From Crocinitomicaceae bacterium (GTDB taxonomy: Bacteria > Bacteroidota > Bacteroidia > Flavobacteriales_D > Sanyastnellaceae): a stretch of DNA of 38,472 nt. This document shows positions 7,358-16,217 of this stretch, one piece after another. Below the pieces are notes generated by a model. It did not search any database and had not been told where the DNA came from. It was given only the letters and a program-made list of their open reading frames with translations. Both the position numbers and the translations under genes were made by a program. The stretch is taken from positions 1 through 38,472 of the forward strand of contig JBEIFO010000001.1 of NCBI GenBank assembly GCA_040382375.1, read 5' to 3'. How positions within the stretch are numbered: the stretch's first letter is position 1; each line of letters opens with the position of its first letter.

Positions 7358-8887
7358 TTACTTCGAATAAATAACATTCTCATCGAGCATGGAGTTGATA
7401 GCTGCAATTTTTCTTTTGGTTGTTTTAACCAGGCGTAATGTTCGGGAAAAGTCAATGACAATCATGGTTGAATACAATATACAAGAGCCTGTGAGAATTT
7501 TCGTGCTGGTATTGGCTACATTCGGTGAATTCTTGTACCTAATGGGATCTTCATTATACAAACTGTTCGCAAAGAAGCGGGTCAAACCGGAAAGTGTTCC
7601 TGCAGCGAAGCCAATAACCATAAATTTTTGTGTGGCACATCTTTTATTCTTCTCCGAGGTTGAAAACAACCGCTTCGATCCACTAGTTCCGTTTTTGTAT
7701 CCTCGGCCAAAGAAAGACATCATGGGTAAAGCACCATAAGATTTTGGAAGATCAATAGATAACACGCGCATGACATCTGTTTCCAAAGGAATAACATTGT
7801 AGTCACCGGTAGTTAAAGTAGTGGAAAACGTTGAGTATTTTATTTGGGTGTTTACGGGCAGTTTCAGTTCTCCCTTGTACCTGCCTTTAAGCAAAGTGTG
7901 AAAAAGCGTCTCATTTGCAAGATCCAAGGGAACTGAATTCATCTTGGATTGCTTTTGAAAACTAAACTGAATGGCTAGTTCACTGGGCACTCTGTATGTT
8001 TTATTTCCGCGTGAAGCGACGAAGTATGATTTTTGTGTCCACTGCTTGAAGTCGCTTTCAATACCTTCTGTTACTTTAATAATTTGTTCGGTATCTAGAA
8101 TAATGTTTGACTGAAAAGTGAAGTTTGAAAAGGAACTCTCAGTAGTTGTGAAAACGAAATTTCCTTTCCATGTCACAGTGAAGTTTTCGTCATTGGAACG
8201 AGCGATTAAATTTATTTTCTCTTTGTATTTGTTCTCGAATGCGATTTTAGAAAGTTGATTGATGTTTTGGAATCTTCCTTTGTCAGAGCTAGTAATTCGG
8301 TTACTTAATTCGGAGTAGGGGAGTTGAGAGTGGTCATAAAAACTCTGAACGGTTTGAATAAGCACAGCAGCGTGATTGGATTCCAAATTACTTTCTGAAT
8401 TAAAAACAGATGCTTTTTTATCGTAATAATTTGCTGGATAAGTAGCAGGGAAATTCGAAGTTTTATAAGCACGAACAGTCCAGCAAGAGGGTACACTGCT
8501 ATTTAAGCTGTTTTTGTAGAAAGCTTGGAGGTAATTTTTGTCTGAGTTATTTGCTAATCGGTAGCCTAAAGTTGTGGAGTCTATTTGATTGAATAGGGTA
8601 TTGAAGGCATACCAGTTGTATGTTACAGAATTCCCCTCTACTAATGAGGCGGGAGAGTTCCAATTGTTCTGATATTTAAAATCTGTGAGATAGGCACAGC
8701 GATTCACTTCAGAGAAATTTAACGATTGTGCAACTTCGTTTAAGTTCGCGTTAGTACTAAATTGTGATAACGATTGTTCGGGTTGAAACACTATTGGAGA
8801 ATAGGGGAAATCTATTTTAATTTGGGCCGATATAGAGTGTCCAACAAGCAAGAAAGAAATCAATAAAGAGGTTCTTAGTTTTTTCAT
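7358..8887 (-). CDS. secreted beta-rich protein with C-terminal hydrophobic segments, unknown function (last operon gene)
   Basis: The ATG at 8887 gives the signal peptide MKKLRTSLLISFLLVGHSISAQ; the track start at 8929 adds an unlikely 14-aa extension. The sequence is S/N/T/aromatic-rich. Hydrophobic stretches FMVIGFAAGTLSGL and ILTGSCILYSTMIVI lie near the C-terminus. No family recognised. Confidence 0.55.
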   Translation of the reverse strand: MKKLRTSLLISFLLVGHSISAQIKIDFPYSPIVFQPEQSLSQFSTNANLNEVAQSLNFSEVNRCAYLTDFKYQNNWNSPASLVEGNSVTYNWYAFNTLFNQIDSTTLGYRLANNSDKNYLQAFYKNSLNSSVPSCWTVRAYKTSNFPATYPANYYDKKASVFNSESNLESNHAAVLIQTVQSFYDHSQLPYSELSNRITSSDKGRFQNINQLSKIAFENKYKEKINLIARSNDENFTVTWKGNFVFTTTESSFSNFTFQSNIILDTEQIIKVTEGIESDFKQWTQKSYFVASRGNKTYRVPSELAIQFSFQKQSKMNSVPLDLANETLFHTLLKGRYKGELKLPVNTQIKYSTFSTTLTTGDYNVIPLETDVMRVLSIDLPKSYGALPMMSFFGRGYKNGTSGSKRLFSTSEKNKRCATQKFMVIGFAAGTLSGLTRFFANSLYNEDPIRYKNSPNVANTSTKILTGSCILYSTMIVIDFSRTLRLVKTTKRKIAAINSMLDENVIYSK

Positions 8888-8918
8888 TTTTGAAATACTC
8901 GAAATTGTCGGATAGAAT

Positions 8919-9470
8919 CTAATTCCCATACTTTGTGAACTTGAGACTGACGTCAGTTGGTTTGTCTCCGTAGATTAAAATCGATTCGTCGTTGGCGAGA
9001 GAATAGACATACAATTTGTATTTCTTCTCCGAGTAATTTACCGTTGATTCGTCGCTATAGTCAACAAACAAACTTTCGTATTGACTTGAAGTCAAATCTA
9101 TTCTTAAGACAAGATGGTTATCTAAATCTGTAAAGTTGGTCCAAAATATATGTTTGTATTGATCGGGTGTGTAATCTCGGGTATATGCTGTTGTGAAGTT
9201 GTCTAGCAGCTTCACGCGAATCTTAGATTTGCATGCATTATTTCTTGACTCAAACTTATAGTCGAAGGGTATATCGAAAAAAAATCGGTCTTTAGATATA
9301 CTGCTCGTGGCCAAGTATACATTGCTTTCGATGAATTGAAAGTAATTTGCTTTGCTTGTAAAGGAAGTGTCTAGGTAATCTTGAATCTTGTCGTTTAACA
9401 AAGGAAAACACTCCTGAGAGAAACAAGGTTGGCATGCCAGAATAAAAATAATAATGACAGAGACACGCAT
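8919..9470 (-). CDS. small secreted protein, unknown function
   Basis: 183-aa ORF with signal peptide MRVSVIIIFILACQPCFSQ. It starts 1 nt after the upstream gene's stop. Confidence 0.5.
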   Translation of the reverse strand: MRVSVIIIFILACQPCFSQECFPLLNDKIQDYLDTSFTSKANYFQFIESNVYLATSSISKDRFFFDIPFDYKFESRNNACKSKIRVKLLDNFTTAYTRDYTPDQYKHIFWTNFTDLDNHLVLRIDLTSSQYESLFVDYSDESTVNYSEKKYKLYVYSLANDESILIYGDKPTDVSLKFTKYGN

Positions 9471-9471
9471 T

Positions 9472-10194
9472 TTACAATGATATTTTATCTATCCTAAAGT
9501 TTTTGAACCTCACACCTTTTGTAACGGAGGTAATTTCCAAAAGAACAGTATAATTAAAGCCTTTTTTGAGTTTTTGTTTGGGGTAATTAAATTCTCCACC
9601 ATCTTCTAAAGATAAAGTACCGGAACGAATAATTTCTTTTCCGGCAGGCCAATCCAAAACTACTAATTGTGCTTGGCAATAATTAAGAATAGTTGGGTCG
9701 TACATAAACTTATTTCCGCCACGTACGAGCAGCACATCCAATTCTCGTTCACATCCTTGTGCTTCACTTAGCCCATATTGAAGAGGGCAAGAGTCTTCTT
9801 TGTCTTTTATTCCGTCTTTATCTGTATCGTCGCTTTCCGGATTTGTTTTGTTAGCTAATTCTTGTTCAAGCGTAATACCGTCTTTATCAAAATCACAAGT
9901 ACCGCAATTTTTGTTTGGAACGCACGGCTCGTTGTCGTTCACATCTTGCGTTGAAGCATCCTTAACAAATCCCGCGAAAAAACCATCGCCATCTGCATCG
10001 TTGTTATTCTGAACCACGCTATCTTTCGGACAACCGTTGTTCAGCGAAGAGGCTACCGTTGGACATCTGTCTACCTCATCGGCAAATCCGTCTGAGTCAG
10101 TATCCACAACCTTGGTTTCCGGCGTATAGAGTATATACCCCAAAGCCACCAGCGCCACAATGAAAATAGTGAGTATCGGTATTCGCTTTTTCAT
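9472..10194 (-). CDS. thrombospondin type-3 (TSP3) Ca-binding repeat protein, N-terminally anchored or secreted
   Basis: 240-aa ORF with an N-terminal hydrophobic helix IPILTIFIVALVALGYILY. There are four Asp-rich loops of the DxDxDGxxDxxDxCP type: DTDSDGFADEVDRCP, NNDADGDGFF, CDFDKDGITLEQE, DDTDKDGIKDKEDSCP. A ~90-aa beta-rich tail follows. Confidence 0.65.
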   Translation of the reverse strand: MKKRIPILTIFIVALVALGYILYTPETKVVDTDSDGFADEVDRCPTVASSLNNGCPKDSVVQNNNDADGDGFFAGFVKDASTQDVNDNEPCVPNKNCGTCDFDKDGITLEQELANKTNPESDDTDKDGIKDKEDSCPLQYGLSEAQGCERELDVLLVRGGNKFMYDPTILNYCQAQLVVLDWPAGKEIIRSGTLSLEDGGEFNYPKQKLKKGFNYTVLLEITSVTKGVRFKNFRIDKISL

Positions 10195-10198
10195 TGAG

Positions 10199-11173
10199 TT
10201 ATTTCAATGGAATTCCTAGCTTACAGTTTGGATCTGTTAGAGCATCCTCGAATTTTTTTACAAGGAAAAGATAAGGTTTAATTGCGAGTAGGTATTTTTC
10301 TGAAGATTTGTATACTTCATCTCCTCTAAATTTTGGATTAGTATACTTAACATTTTCTTGCATCACCTCTTCAAATTTCGAACATAATTCAAGGAAACGG
10401 TCATAATCAGCTTTAACTTCAATTGCAGATTTTTGAAGACCCAGAAATGTTGAATTCGCTATTAAACTAGTTAGTGATAATTGCGCCTTTGTAAATTCAT
10501 CTTTTGATATATTCTCGTTTTTCAGCAATGTGATGGCCGATTGAAGCGCTGAGGCTTGCTTTTTAAATTCATCAAGTTTTGTTTTTGTCTCCTCTTTCTT
10601 CAGCTGGCTCTTCATCAAGTCAATTGTTGAGTTGTCAGGACTTTGACAATGTAAAATGTAGTCGTTCACTATTTGGTCATAGGCCTTGTCCTTGACTTCA
10701 GCTTCAGCACTGAGTTGGTTTTTTTGGTTTTTTTCTAAATTAGTTTGTTTCTTCTCATCCGAGAGAAGATTCTCGGCTTGCTTTTTTTCTTCAATCAATT
10801 TTTTATTAGAGGTTTCTAACTTCTTATATGCCACTGCAGAAGATACTAAAGAATCTTCTAGGACTTTTAACTTCGTGTATTGTTTGTTTATCTCCATAGG
10901 TATTCCATCTACCCCCGTTTTTAAATTCTTAACCTCTTCTTGAAGTAGTTTGAATTGTTCGGCTAAATCACTTAAATCTTTTTTTGTTAGCGGTCGCTTT
11001 GGGTCTTCCGGATTGCAAGGTTTTTCTTTCGATGAATTTTCTTTATCGTCTTTTCCTTTTTCATCTTTGATTTCAGTCTTATCTTTTTTAACCTTTTCCT
11101 CAACATCGACTTGAGAAAAGGCTGTCAATCCGAGAAATAGTAATGTTATGGAAGTGAGTAATTTTGCAGTCAT
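10199..11173 (-). CDS. secreted coiled-coil protein, unknown function
   Basis: 324-aa ORF with signal peptide MTAKLLTSITLLFLGLTAFSQ, followed by long K/E/L/Q-rich heptad-like sequence. Confidence 0.55.
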   Translation of the reverse strand: MTAKLLTSITLLFLGLTAFSQVDVEEKVKKDKTEIKDEKGKDDKENSSKEKPCNPEDPKRPLTKKDLSDLAEQFKLLQEEVKNLKTGVDGIPMEINKQYTKLKVLEDSLVSSAVAYKKLETSNKKLIEEKKQAENLLSDEKKQTNLEKNQKNQLSAEAEVKDKAYDQIVNDYILHCQSPDNSTIDLMKSQLKKEETKTKLDEFKKQASALQSAITLLKNENISKDEFTKAQLSLTSLIANSTFLGLQKSAIEVKADYDRFLELCSKFEEVMQENVKYTNPKFRGDEVYKSSEKYLLAIKPYLFLVKKFEDALTDPNCKLGIPLK

Positions 11174-11179
11174 CTTTTT

Positions 11180-11911
11180 TTATTTTTTATTTAGTTCTTC
11201 TATGTTTAGTCGATAAATTGCATAGTAATATTTATACTTCATCACGACATTTTCATCAATTTTGTACCAGTTTTTACTTGCTTGGGCTTGATTAAATTCT
11301 TGGTCTACAAAATAAAAAAAGGAAGAGATTTCGGAATAAATTTTACTTTCTAGACTGCTTATTGCTGTGCAGTTGCGAAATGGTTCGCCGTTTATTGCTG
11401 TAGATATTCCGTTCGCTAGTCCATCTGCCTGTGCTTGATCATAGGGCCCAGCTAGAAAGGCATTCAGTCTCGATTCGAAGTTTAAAACAGAGTTGTAGCG
11501 CGTGTGCGTATTCAATAAATCTTGAAGTTCATTGGATTTGTTTGAACAGTTATTGGCAGTTCGAATAACCTTGTCCAAGCCTGAAGCATTGCAGCTGTTG
11601 TTTAACCAGTTCTTCAGTGAGAGTACCAATGCGTTTTGCTTGGCATATTCAAGGTTACTGAGTAAACTTGATTTCTTTCCTGAATTAATTTTGCCAACCG
11701 ATTCGAACATGTTAATGTCACCTTCAATAGTTAACACGCTGTCTTCATTGAAAGGTAATTTTCCTAAGGAATCTATGCGCTCATCGATATTCATTTTTTT
11801 TCTTGGAGGTTCTCCGCCACTACCAAAAGGACCTTTGGTAATAAGTAAACTCAATCCGAACAAGAGTCCGGCTATGGCAATGACAATAATGATGAGACTG
11901 TGTTTTTTCAT
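11180..11911 (-). CDS. N-terminally membrane-anchored protein, unknown function
   Basis: 243-aa ORF with a single TM LIIIVIAIAGLLFGLSLLI after MKKHS, followed by a soluble domain with four Cys. Confidence 0.5.
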   Translation of the reverse strand: MKKHSLIIIVIAIAGLLFGLSLLITKGPFGSGGEPPRKKMNIDERIDSLGKLPFNEDSVLTIEGDINMFESVGKINSGKKSSLLSNLEYAKQNALVLSLKNWLNNSCNASGLDKVIRTANNCSNKSNELQDLLNTHTRYNSVLNFESRLNAFLAGPYDQAQADGLANGISTAINGEPFRNCTAISSLESKIYSEISSFFYFVDQEFNQAQASKNWYKIDENVVMKYKYYYAIYRLNIEELNKK

Positions 11912-11942
11912 GGTATATTATTGTTAAAACTGTAAAAGAATT

Positions 11943-12686
11943 TTAAGGCATTTGATTCATTAGTCTTTTTTGCTGGCTTGAGGTGAATTGGAACTCTGCC
12001 ACTTTGTTTATTATACAATCGGGGGTACATTTTCCTGCTCTGACATCCATCTCAATTTCTTTGTATATAGCTGCCTTTTCTGATGGAGTAAGCGTTTTTT
12101 TAGTCGGTGGTGTCACCTTAGGAATTTCCGTCCGTGGTGTTTTCGGTGGCTTAGGATCCTTAGGTGGACTCGTTACCGGTGGAGTTGTTGGAGGTGTTAC
12201 CGGGGGAGTTGGTGGTAGAGGGTTCGTTTGAGCGAGATCACCCTTGTTTTTCGCCTCCTCTGTTCTAAACTTCTCATCCCATTTAGCTAAAATTAGGGGA
12301 ATGTCACTACTAGGCGTTGCAGGTTTCCATTTGGCATCAGCGGTTCCTTCTTTCATTTCCCAAGCATTGTTTAAAAAGCGATAGAATCGTTTATTCGCAT
12401 TGTATTTACTTCCGTCTTCGGTGAGTAATGATTTTTCCACGCGATAAGTCTTGCCATCATATTCAAAATCTGTGTACTGTTCGTCATTGGCTGGAGGGAC
12501 AACTTTATCACCACCTTCTGATCCAGCTGGAGGTTTAGGAGTTACTGGAGGTAGCGGATTCTCCACAACATCAGGAAACCAGGTATTCCAATTCATTCCA
12601 GCAAAAAAGCAACCTGAGGCCAAGGCCAACGTCAAGATAGAGCTAAAGGTTATTTTAGCAACATTGTGATTATTTAGCTTTTTCAT
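11943..12686 (-). CDS. bitopic membrane protein; paralogue of the C-terminal module of the 12762-14834 protein
   Basis: 247-aa ORF. It aligns by eye over its whole length with residues ~455-698 of the upstream 698-aa ORF: the TM ending in F(F/A)AGMNWNTWF, a Pro-rich spacer, YDGKTYRVEKSLLTEDGSK...WEMK...DIPLILAKWDEKF, a second Pro/Lys spacer, and the C-terminal KCTPDCIINKVAEFQF..QQKRLMN. Confidence 0.6.
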   Translation of the reverse strand: MKKLNNHNVAKITFSSILTLALASGCFFAGMNWNTWFPDVVENPLPPVTPKPPAGSEGGDKVVPPANDEQYTDFEYDGKTYRVEKSLLTEDGSKYNANKRFYRFLNNAWEMKEGTADAKWKPATPSSDIPLILAKWDEKFRTEEAKNKGDLAQTNPLPPTPPVTPPTTPPVTSPPKDPKPPKTPRTEIPKVTPPTKKTLTPSEKAAIYKEIEMDVRAGKCTPDCIINKVAEFQFTSSQQKRLMNQMP

Positions 12687-12761
12687 ATGCCATTTTTTTT
12701 AGTTCGCATATAAATCAACTCTGAACTCGTTGTTTTTTTATGAATGATTTTATTCATTTGT

Positions 12762-14834
12762 CTAATCAAGCTCATTCATTAGTTGTTTTTGTTCGTTTGC
12801 GCCGAATTTAAACTCTTTCACTTTACTTATTATACAATCAGCATCACACTTGCCATTTTTAACCTCCTTTTTGATTTCTTCGAATTTCGCAGCTTTTTGA
12901 GCTGGAGTTAGAGGTTTTGTCTTTGCCTTTTCTGCAGCTGCTCTTTCCGCAGCTGCTTTCTCTGCAGCTACTTTCTCTGCAGCTGCTTTTTCCGCAGCTT
13001 TTGCTTTATCCGCTGCACTTTCATCTGTTTTTCTTTTTTCTGTTTCTGTGAAGTCCTTATTATCAGCTTCACCTTCGGTTTTTTTTACTTCTTGTTTAAA
13101 TCTTTTATTCCATTCAACTAATATAAAGGGTATATCAGTTTTTCCAGGAGCACCCCAACTTTCATCGCTATCCGATGTTTTCATCTCCCACTTTCCTCCG
13201 ATATAGCGATAGGTGCTGCCATTTCCATAACCAGCGGTTTGTCCTCCAAATTTACTACCTGTATCAGTTAATAGAGATTTTTCCACACGATAAGTCGTGC
13301 CATTGTATGGGAATTCAATATGATTATTTGCAATTTCAGCAGGTTTAGGTGTCACTGGTCCTGGAGGTTCAGGGTCTTTTGGTGGTTGCGGATCCTTTGG
13401 CCCCTCAACTTCATGTGAAAACCAATTATCCCAATTCATAGCCGCGAAAAAACCACCACCTGTCAATGCAATGGCCACAAATGCCATTACTGCTATTTTA
13501 GCTATCGGCTTTTCGTTCTTTACCCATTTTTTACTGACAAGAAATTGATATTTCTCCTGCATTTTTTTATCAAAAGGAGAAGCGCCATTTAGTCTTTTAG
13601 GCCAGCCCTCAATAGTCTTCAGCCATTCATTTTGTTTAACAAGAATTGTTGATCTGTCTCTGGTTGTAACTTCCTTGTAAATATGTACAATGTCATCCTG
13701 AATATCAGAATTCGTCTGCATTCGGCGCCAGTTCTTAAGCTTTATCTTCGAATCTGAAGGTAATCTTGATTCGAGCTGATTTTTTTGAAGTCTAGTCTCA
13801 ACAGCGTTAATTGGTATGCCGTATTCGTGTTTTTCGGCTTTATTAATATCATTAACTAGCTCATCAATTTCCTTTTTCTCGTTTGTGAGTATTTGATTAT
13901 CTAAAAGATTTTGCCAATTAAGCAGAGCTTTTTGTTCATCACCAGTTAGTTGATTGGTAATTTTTGGGAATTGAGCCAACAGATTTTCACACGGAGAATA
14001 ATCAGTTGAATTGTTCTGAATGAATGAACTAATTAGGTTTTTTAGTTGAAAGACTGCGCTTGAATAGTGCATTTCAGATTTCCAATTCTCGAACAAAGTG
14101 CGCTCATTTTCATTGAGTGCCGATGAAACTGTGTTATATAATTCATTCGCCTTCTGAAAATTCGATTTTGCACTCAGAAGGGCTCTGAATTCCACAACAC
14201 TTTGCGATCTTTTTTGATTTTCTTGATTTATTTGCCCCAGGTTCAATTGCTGAGTAGATAAATTCAAATGAATTGGTAATTCCGGATTGCTTCCGGTCTG
14301 CATGAAATAGACTTCATCACCAATATAATCATTTAAGTTAAGTTCAGACTCATTCTGAAAGTAACACACGGTATTGTTACCAATAGAGCGGGCATTTCCG
14401 GACGATAAGGTTAAATTGGAAATGACACTTCGAACTTGATCATTGGTGAACATGTTCGTGCGAATCGTATAGTCAGCATTGCGGGTTTTGTATAGTTTTT
14501 TTAGGTTTTGTAATCCGTCTTTAATACTCCCGCCAATGATATTCGACTTTGGACAAACAATGCTATAAACAAGGTATGTTTCTCTTCCTGCAATGTCTTG
14601 GTGCGATTTGTCTACCAAAGAATAGATTTGGTATTGGTGATCTTGCATGAGAAAATAAAAATCTCGTTGACCAGATCGAAAAGCAACGTCTTTTGCAGAA
14701 GTGAAATAATGACAAATATTGTCGTAGTCCTGAATTTCAGACGCCTCTGTTAGCCTGTTTCTCTCGGGGAAAAGAGCTGTGCCCTCTGTAAAACCATAAC
14801 GTACCCCCCAAATATAAACTTGAATCGTATTCAT
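12762..14834 (-). CDS. large bitopic membrane protein: ~450-aa cytoplasmic domain + TM + Pro-rich spacer + periplasmic module; GTPase partner candidate
   Basis: The ATG at 14834 lies 4 nt after the GTPase stop; the alternative GTG at 14858 would overlap it by 20 nt. The TM is IAVMAFVAIALTGGGFFAAMNW, the Pro-rich spacer is PKDPQPPKDPEPPGPVTPKP, there is an (AEKAA)n helix, and the tail is KCDADCIISKVKEFKF. The N-terminal domain has no family I can name. Confidence 0.6.
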   Translation of the reverse strand: MNTIQVYIWGVRYGFTEGTALFPERNRLTEASEIQDYDNICHYFTSAKDVAFRSGQRDFYFLMQDHQYQIYSLVDKSHQDIAGRETYLVYSIVCPKSNIIGGSIKDGLQNLKKLYKTRNADYTIRTNMFTNDQVRSVISNLTLSSGNARSIGNNTVCYFQNESELNLNDYIGDEVYFMQTGSNPELPIHLNLSTQQLNLGQINQENQKRSQSVVEFRALLSAKSNFQKANELYNTVSSALNENERTLFENWKSEMHYSSAVFQLKNLISSFIQNNSTDYSPCENLLAQFPKITNQLTGDEQKALLNWQNLLDNQILTNEKKEIDELVNDINKAEKHEYGIPINAVETRLQKNQLESRLPSDSKIKLKNWRRMQTNSDIQDDIVHIYKEVTTRDRSTILVKQNEWLKTIEGWPKRLNGASPFDKKMQEKYQFLVSKKWVKNEKPIAKIAVMAFVAIALTGGGFFAAMNWDNWFSHEVEGPKDPQPPKDPEPPGPVTPKPAEIANNHIEFPYNGTTYRVEKSLLTDTGSKFGGQTAGYGNGSTYRYIGGKWEMKTSDSDESWGAPGKTDIPFILVEWNKRFKQEVKKTEGEADNKDFTETEKRKTDESAADKAKAAEKAAAEKVAAEKAAAERAAAEKAKTKPLTPAQKAAKFEEIKKEVKNGKCDADCIISKVKEFKFGANEQKQLMNELD
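12930..13004 (-). repeat. in-frame 15-nt tandem repeat (about 5 units) encoding (AEKAA)n
   Basis: ttcYgcagctgcttt-like units repeat head to tail. The protein reads AAEKAAAEKVAAEKAAAERAAAEKAK. Confidence 0.7.
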
Positions 14835-14838
14835 GATG

Positions 14839-16191
14839 TTAGTTTGAGAATAATCCACGCACTCCTGTTTTATAGCGAGCGGTATGACTAATTACTTTTT
14901 CTGTGATTGATTGTGGGAAGGTATTTAACGATTGGTTTGTTCTCGGGTTGTAATCTACCAACAATTGTCCGAACGTACACTCTCCAATGGAATAGGCAAT
15001 AACATCCCACTCAAATTCGTATTTGCTAGCTAAATCGAGCATTCGGTTTTTGAATGAGCCGTAATATTCCGAAACATATTTTCCTGCACGGTCGTCATAT
15101 TCAGACATCGGGCAATTAAACATATCAGCCTTTGTAACCACTAAATAAATGCTGTCCGTGTTATCCAGAATACCCATGGTTTCCAAATTATTTAGCACCA
15201 TGATCAAATTCAAACTTTGTTCAAAGGCATCGGCACCGTCATTATCTACCGAGTAATCAAGTACAAAGAACAAGGCCTTTGAGTTGTTGTTTTGAAGGTA
15301 GTTCTTATGCTCATTGAAATTACTTTGTCCTTCTGTAGCTACACGCTCGAACTTCTCACCCGCCATGTCTAGGATATTAATGGGCAAGTCGTATTTAATT
15401 CGAGTAGTTTTTCCGAGGAATCCCTTTTTGTCTTCTTCAATAGAAAGTATTACTTCAATGTAGTCAATGAAATTGTTTGGGTTCCCAATGGGAAGAATTC
15501 CTTTTGAAAATCCACCGCCTAGAATTCTGAAGTATTGTGAGCTTCGCGGGTTGGCAACTTCCGGGTTACAAATTCCAATGCGCATCCAGTGGCTAAGCAT
15601 ACTTGCAATAAGGCAAGATTTACCTGCTGACGGCATTCCTAAGAAATAAAAATCTGTTCGGTCTTTTTGCAACGGAGGTAAACTAGAAAAGTCAACAGCA
15701 GGCATTTGCTGCATGGTGTACTTTCGAATGCGCTCCACCATGGATTGATCTAAATAGCATCTATTTATTAAATCGTTTTCCGATATATCGTCGTTGAGCA
15801 GTGCCTCTTGTATTTGGCTAACAGTTATCTTTCTTCTGACAATTCGATCAATAAGTTGCGCATTGTATGATCCAATAGGAGGTGCCGAAGGTGATGGATT
15901 AGAGTAATATATTGGTTCCGGTTCAGGTTGTGCTTCTGGACCGAAGATTTGATCAATACGCGATTGATGCATACCGGCGCCTACCAGCGTCTCTTTGGAA
16001 ATGTTTTCTTGATTAACTCTTTTTTTAGTAAGTTCTAAATCAATGTTATTGAGCTTTTCAACATTTAATCCGTATTGAATAAGACAGTTCAATTCGAAAT
16101 TATGAATGCGAATAAAGTTGTCTATTTCCGTTTGTCCGTATGTATTAATAGAGTTTAATACAGGCAGTTGGTTTGGCGTAGCATTGCACAT
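14839..16191 (-). CDS. Ras/Rab-like (TRAFAC-class) small GTPase domain protein with a novel N-terminal region
   Basis: G1 is FLGMPSAGKS (15616-15639), G3 is ILDMAGE (15355-15369) and G4 is LVVTKAD (15124-15135), in canonical order. I prefer the ATG at 16191, 26 nt after the upstream stop. The track ORF extends to a TTG at 16389 but would then overlap the upstream gene by 172 nt. Confidence 0.65.
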   Translation of the reverse strand: MCNATPNQLPVLNSINTYGQTEIDNFIRIHNFELNCLIQYGLNVEKLNNIDLELTKKRVNQENISKETLVGAGMHQSRIDQIFGPEAQPEPEPIYYSNPSPSAPPIGSYNAQLIDRIVRRKITVSQIQEALLNDDISENDLINRCYLDQSMVERIRKYTMQQMPAVDFSSLPPLQKDRTDFYFLGMPSAGKSCLIASMLSHWMRIGICNPEVANPRSSQYFRILGGGFSKGILPIGNPNNFIDYIEVILSIEEDKKGFLGKTTRIKYDLPINILDMAGEKFERVATEGQSNFNEHKNYLQNNNSKALFFVLDYSVDNDGADAFEQSLNLIMVLNNLETMGILDNTDSIYLVVTKADMFNCPMSEYDDRAGKYVSEYYGSFKNRMLDLASKYEFEWDVIAYSIGECTFGQLLVDYNPRTNQSLNTFPQSITEKVISHTARYKTGVRGLFSN

Positions 16192-16217
16192 ATGGGTAAT
16201 GGTTGTATAGGTAAAGG

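Noticed and set aside
12687-12761. AT-only inverted repeat atgaat-N6-attcat in the 75-nt gap as an internal terminator
   Set aside because: The stem is 6 A/T pairs. On the transcribed (minus) strand it is followed by an A-run rather than a U-tract, so it is very unlikely to terminate transcription.
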